DNA of 64,000 bases, from IMG/VR virus record IMGVR_UViG_3300012931_000019, positions 1-64,000 of that record. One strand, 5' to 3'. This document shows positions 60,453 to 64,000 of the stretch, one piece after another. Origin of the DNA: a virus. The notes under the pieces were generated by a model. The model was not told the DNA's origin and searched no databases. It worked only from the letters and a program-made list of their open reading frames with translations. The number at the start of each line of letters is the position of its first letter. Position 1 is the first letter of the stretch. A program made the position numbers and the translations under genes.

Positions 60453-60833
60453 TTGGATGATAATGAAAATATAAATATCATCAATTGGGCTAAGAGAAAT
60501 TCCATGAAAAATAATCATAATTATTTCTGCAAACTTTTAAAGCATTTTAATATAAATGAGTGTGATTATAACTTTTTTTGGAACGGGTATGGGGACTATA
60601 GCTTGTTGATCACCTTATCAGCAAAGCAGTATTTAATTGAGATTGATGATAGACAAATGTGCTATAATTTATTATTTGAAGCCACAGCGTCAAATCAATG
60701 TAGAAAACCGAAATATATCGCACAAACAAATAAGAAAATGGAGCCTATTAAGTTTTATGGTGAAAACGTTATGTATAAGACATTAAAATATATCATTAAT
60801 CACTGTAAAAGCAAAGGAGAAAAAATAATATGA
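60453..60833 (+). CDS. hypothetical soluble protein
   Basis: TTG start with SD GGGGTGA. Confidence 0.65.
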   Translation: MDDNENINIINWAKRNSMKNNHNYFCKLLKHFNINECDYNFFWNGYGDYSLLITLSAKQYLIEIDDRQMCYNLLFEATASNQCRKPKYIAQTNKKMEPIKFYGENVMYKTLKYIINHCKSKGEKII

Positions 60834-61288
60834 CACTCATAAGTAAAATTTTTATAATGTTTATATTTTCAAGTGTATTTGATGGCTTGATAGTTGTTTC
60901 GTATTTTGTTTTGGACAATAATATTGGAAAGCGTTATAACAAATTTATTTATGGATTTTTTGCAACATCTATGGTAAATGCAATAATGTATGAATTAATG
61001 TCTGGTCTTGGATTATGGTTTCAATTAATTTTTATATTATATAGCGGTTTAGTTTTAGGAATAATATTTAATGTAAATATTAAAAGATCAATATTTTCTG
61101 TGTTTAAAGTAATGTGTTTAATGTTGATAATAGAAGCAAGTGTATCTATTTTATTGACGGTAATTTTTAAAATTAATATGTTTTCAGTAAATTTTGATGC
61201 TAAAACATTGGCATTATGTATGCCACAGAGAATATTAGAATTTATAATTATATATTTTGGGAAGAAAAAAATAATCAAAAAGAGGTGA
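60830..61288 (+). CDS. multi-TM membrane protein (possible AgrC-sensor-like, no kinase domain)
   Basis: about 5 hydrophobic segments; adjacent to agrB-like gene. Confidence 0.5.
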   Translation: MTLISKIFIMFIFSSVFDGLIVVSYFVLDNNIGKRYNKFIYGFFATSMVNAIMYELMSGLGLWFQLIFILYSGLVLGIIFNVNIKRSIFSVFKVMCLMLIIEASVSILLTVIFKINMFSVNFDAKTLALCMPQRILEFIIIYFGKKKIIKKR

Positions 61289-61293
61289 TAATA

Positions 61294-61347
61294 ATGGAAC
61301 AGGTTCGTTGCAAGTCATGGATTTTTGGTGATACCAGAATCAGATAA
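61294..61347 (+). CDS. putative AgrD-like autoinducer micro-peptide MEQVRCKSWIFGDTRIR
   Basis: SD AGAGGTGA; Cys followed by aromatic residues; directly upstream of agrB-like gene. Confidence 0.5.
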   Translation: MEQVRCKSWIFGDTRIR

Positions 61348-61372
61348 GTAAACAAAAGAATACAAATAATGC

Positions 61373-61398
61373 GGGACTATTAATATTAATAGTCCTTT
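61373..61398 (+). terminator. stem-loop between peptide gene and agrB-like gene
   Basis: GGACTATTAA/TTAATAGTCC inverted repeat followed by T-rich tract. Confidence 0.55.
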
Positions 61399-61423
61399 AT
61401 TTATTTGTATGGAGGTGAATGGT

Positions 61424-61996
61424 TTGATTATTAAATTATCCATGTATATCGTGGATATGTTACTTAGTTCAAAAATATTTAAGATACAAGACATAGATGA
61501 TTTTACCGATAAGGTTATATTCTGTGTCTTTTTTATTATTTCTAATATTTTCTTTTTCGGGTTGGGTATTTTATTACACTGTGCTCTTCAAGTAATGATC
61601 GTATTAATTGTATTGACCGTATTGAGATTATTTTCTGGTGGATACCACAGTTCAGTTGATCGCTGTCTTATGATTAGCGTTCCGTATATTTTATTAATAT
61701 CTATAATAGCTAAATATGCAATTAATTATTCAGACTTTTTATGTTTTTTAAGTATATTAGCAGGTGTTTATATAATTAAAAAAGTACCTATTATCCCTAA
61801 AATTGATATGAACAATAAAATAGAAAAATGGTTTCAAGGAAGATATATTGATGTTTTTCTTTTATTTTATGTAATCAATTATATATGTTTGTCTTTACAT
61901 AGTGGAATAGGGAATTTAATTTCAAGTTCAATTAGTATGGCTATTCTTGGAGTAGCTTTAATGATGAGAAAAAATAAAAAGATAAATTATGATTGA
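61424..61996 (+). CDS. agrB: AgrB-family peptide-processing membrane protease
   Basis: LRLFSGGYHSSVDRCLMIS carries the AgrB His...Cys catalytic motif; multi-TM; TTG start behind GGAGGTGA. Confidence 0.8.
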   Translation: MIIKLSMYIVDMLLSSKIFKIQDIDDFTDKVIFCVFFIISNIFFFGLGILLHCALQVMIVLIVLTVLRLFSGGYHSSVDRCLMISVPYILLISIIAKYAINYSDFLCFLSILAGVYIIKKVPIIPKIDMNNKIEKWFQGRYIDVFLLFYVINYICLSLHSGIGNLISSSISMAILGVALMMRKNKKINYD

Positions 61997-62104
61997 ATGA
62001 AAGAAGAGTTTTAACGGAATTTTTGAAAATAATAATGTTGAAATTTAAACATGCACTTTACTTGGTTAAAGTGCTTTTTTATTGGATTAAAAGGAGGAAT
62101 TTTT

Positions 62105-62674
62105 ATTAATCAAGTATTAAAATTAGTATCACCTATTTCTCCCAGCGTCAACCATTACTTGGCGTATCGGGCGATTATAAAAAACAAGAAGCCTATGGCA
62201 ATGAGTTATAAGACTTCTGAAGCTACAAAATATCAAAAGGATTTTATTAAATATGTGAAAGAACAGGTTGAACTTCAAGGATGGGTTAAGTCTGAAAATA
62301 AATTTCAGCATTATTATATGGATACATATTTCTATTTCCCAAGAACAGATATGGATGCAAATAATTATTACAAATGCCTCGCTGATGCGATAACAGATGC
62401 TGAAGTTGTTTGGATTGATGATGTTCAATTGTGTGAAAGAGTACAAGGAATACTTTATGACTCACAGAATCCTAGAATTGAAATGGAAATAAAGCCAGTA
62501 GACTACATAGGTATATTTAAAGATATATCTCAATTAGATCAATTTGAATCTAATTGCGTCGATTGTACAAAGTATAACCGAAATTGTAGTATTCTTGTAA
62601 AAGCAAAGGAAGGCAGAATACAGGAAGAAATTCAAAATTTAGTTTGTAGTAAGTTTAAACAAAATAAAAAATAA
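62105..62674 (+). CDS. rusA: RusA-like Holliday junction resolvase
   Basis: PSVNHY, DMDANNYYKCLADAI, DDVQ, NPRIE; SD AGGAGG points to ATT start at 62105. Confidence 0.8.
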   Translation: MNQVLKLVSPISPSVNHYLAYRAIIKNKKPMAMSYKTSEATKYQKDFIKYVKEQVELQGWVKSENKFQHYYMDTYFYFPRTDMDANNYYKCLADAITDAEVVWIDDVQLCERVQGILYDSQNPRIEMEIKPVDYIGIFKDISQLDQFESNCVDCTKYNRNCSILVKAKEGRIQEEIQNLVCSKFKQNKK

Positions 62675-62702
62675 AATTATAGAATATAAGGAGATTACAT
62701 AA

Positions 62703-63389
62703 ATGACTAAAAAGAAAGTTAAGATAGAAAATGACAATATAGAAGTTATTACGGAAAAAGAAATAGTTGAAGTTATTGAAGATAAAAAAGATATGGTTTC
62801 TTTAGTTGATGTAATTAAGAATAATGCTCATTATACGGTTAAATCATATCTCCCAATTGTACAAAAGACAGCATTAATTAGTTCGATAGTTGATCTGTGT
62901 ACAAAACTGAATGAAGAAGGAATGTTGGTTGTTGATTATTGTTATAAGCATCTCTCAATGTGTTTAACCATTATTATCAGTTACACGAACATAGATATTT
63001 CTAATTTTGGTGATGAAGAAGCTTATGATGCTCTTGAAGAACATGGAGTTATGCAGGAAATTTTTAATAAGATGAATCCTGATGAAGTAAAATTCTTAAA
63101 TGATACGTTGGAAGCTGAACTTAAACAAAAAGAAATAATTACAAATTGTGTTGAAGGAATTATAAATAGGGCATTGAATAAGGCTGTGGATAAGTTGCCA
63201 GATGCAAAAGATGTTGAAAAAATAACGAAAAATATTCTTAAATTTAATCCTGATAAATTGAAATTCATGGTTGATCAGAACGAAAAATGGAACGGCACAT
63301 TTGGAGGTAAAACTATTAAAGATTTACTAGGTGGATTTATTAATAGTGTCAAAAATGCTGATAAAAAGTCTATTGACACAGTTGAATAA
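62703..63389 (+). CDS. hypothetical (possible tail assembly chaperone)
   Basis: SD AAGGAG; YTVKSYLPI motif; tail module. Confidence 0.6.
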   Translation: MTKKKVKIENDNIEVITEKEIVEVIEDKKDMVSLVDVIKNNAHYTVKSYLPIVQKTALISSIVDLCTKLNEEGMLVVDYCYKHLSMCLTIIISYTNIDISNFGDEEAYDALEEHGVMQEIFNKMNPDEVKFLNDTLEAELKQKEIITNCVEGIINRALNKAVDKLPDAKDVEKITKNILKFNPDKLKFMVDQNEKWNGTFGGKTIKDLLGGFINSVKNADKKSIDTVE

Positions 63390-63477
63390 CCAAATCAAAT
63401 TCGGATTTCATGCCAAATTAAATGTTGAAATTTCAAAGCTCACTTTAGTACGCTAAACCGATTTAGAGGTAATAAAA

Positions 63478-63720
63478 ATGGAAAATAAATTATTTATTTG
63501 CGGTAGCAAAAATAATATACCAGAGATAAGAATTTTGCATGATGAGGACTGTCTTTTAACTACGGAGCAGACAGAAAGATTATTAGAACTTGCGAAAAAT
63601 CCATTAAGTTATATGAGCAATTTAACAGAACAAGATGTATTAAATATTAAAGATTATATCATTGCGGAAGCTAATACAGTTAAATACGCTGAAGAACAAG
63701 AAAAGAGGACTGTAGAATAA
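63478..63720 (+). CDS. hypothetical protein
   Basis: SD AGAGGT; follows 18-bp site 63394-63411. Confidence 0.6.
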   Translation: MENKLFICGSKNNIPEIRILHDEDCLLTTEQTERLLELAKNPLSYMSNLTEQDVLNIKDYIIAEANTVKYAEEQEKRTVE

Positions 63721-63739
63721 ATAGATTGGGAGTGGTGGG

Positions 63740-64000
63740 ATGGATGTAACTAATTATGCTCAACTCTTTGCACAAATAGAAGCGGCGGCTAAAGATGTAT
63801 TGCAAAAGGAAATGGCTGATGCAGTAAAAGAAAAGATATCTGAAAAAGCAGACGAAGATATTTATAATAGATATCCATATCCTAATCAATATCCACGTAG
63901 ACGTAAAAATGGCGGTATATCTGATGTAAGACAAATGAATCATACCGTGGATGGACTAACTTTAGAAGTTACAGATGATGCAGATTTTAACAGGGAATTT
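63740..64000 (+). CDS. tail-module protein, truncated by window end
   Basis: open frame MDVTNYAQLF...YPRRRKNGGISD to end of window. Confidence 0.6.
   Translation, partial: MDVTNYAQLFAQIEAAAKDVLQKEMADAVKEKISEKADEDIYNRYPYPNQYPRRRKNGGISDVRQMNHTVDGLTLEVTDDADFNREF

Larger units (their letters stand above)
1..64000. mobile_element. Large SPbeta-like tailed phage/prophage segment (ends not in window)
   Basis: YonO-like RNAP followed by TerL, portal, scaffold, capsid, neck and tail genes in SPbeta-like order; long array of small early-type ORFs; no host housekeeping genes. Confidence 0.9.

Noticed and set aside
34108-63943. Minus-strand ORFs in the late operon (e.g. 55628-55954, 59508-60020, 62129-62446)
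   Set aside because: Antisense to clear plus-strand genes
1-64000. Arbitrium (AimR/AimP), tRNA or rRNA genes
   Set aside because: No TPR receptor-peptide pair, cloverleaf or rRNA-like sequence recognised by eye

Overview
AT-rich 64-kb segment of a large SPbeta-like tailed (pro)phage, probably of a spore-forming Clostridia-type Firmicute (host inferred from SpoVT-like and AgrB-like genes). Layout: (1) 1-24.7 kb: minus-strand array of 70 or more tiny, mostly unrecognisable ORFs driven by sigmaA-type promoters; (2) 24.7-27.2 kb: ORF-free region; (3) 27.2-32.4 kb (minus): putative replication genes and origin, a TnpB-only IS605-family element and a tyrosine-recombinase-fold gene; (4) 32.6-64 kb (plus): YonO-like single-subunit RNA polymerase, beta-CASP nuclease, phosphoesterase, ClpP-like protease, terminase, portal, protease/scaffold, capsid, neck and tail genes, a beta-helix fibre-like protein, an Agr-like (AgrB + micro-peptide + membrane proteins) module and RusA. 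Main unexplained signal: an 18-bp imperfect palindrome (about WTVAAW-N6-WTTBAW, fixed 6-bp variable core) at about 35 gene junctions of the small-gene array. It also brackets accessory modules in the late operon, including the Agr-like module. This suggests a tyrosine-recombinase gene-cassette (integron-like) system in a phage. All calls are by-eye motif recognition; no searches were run.
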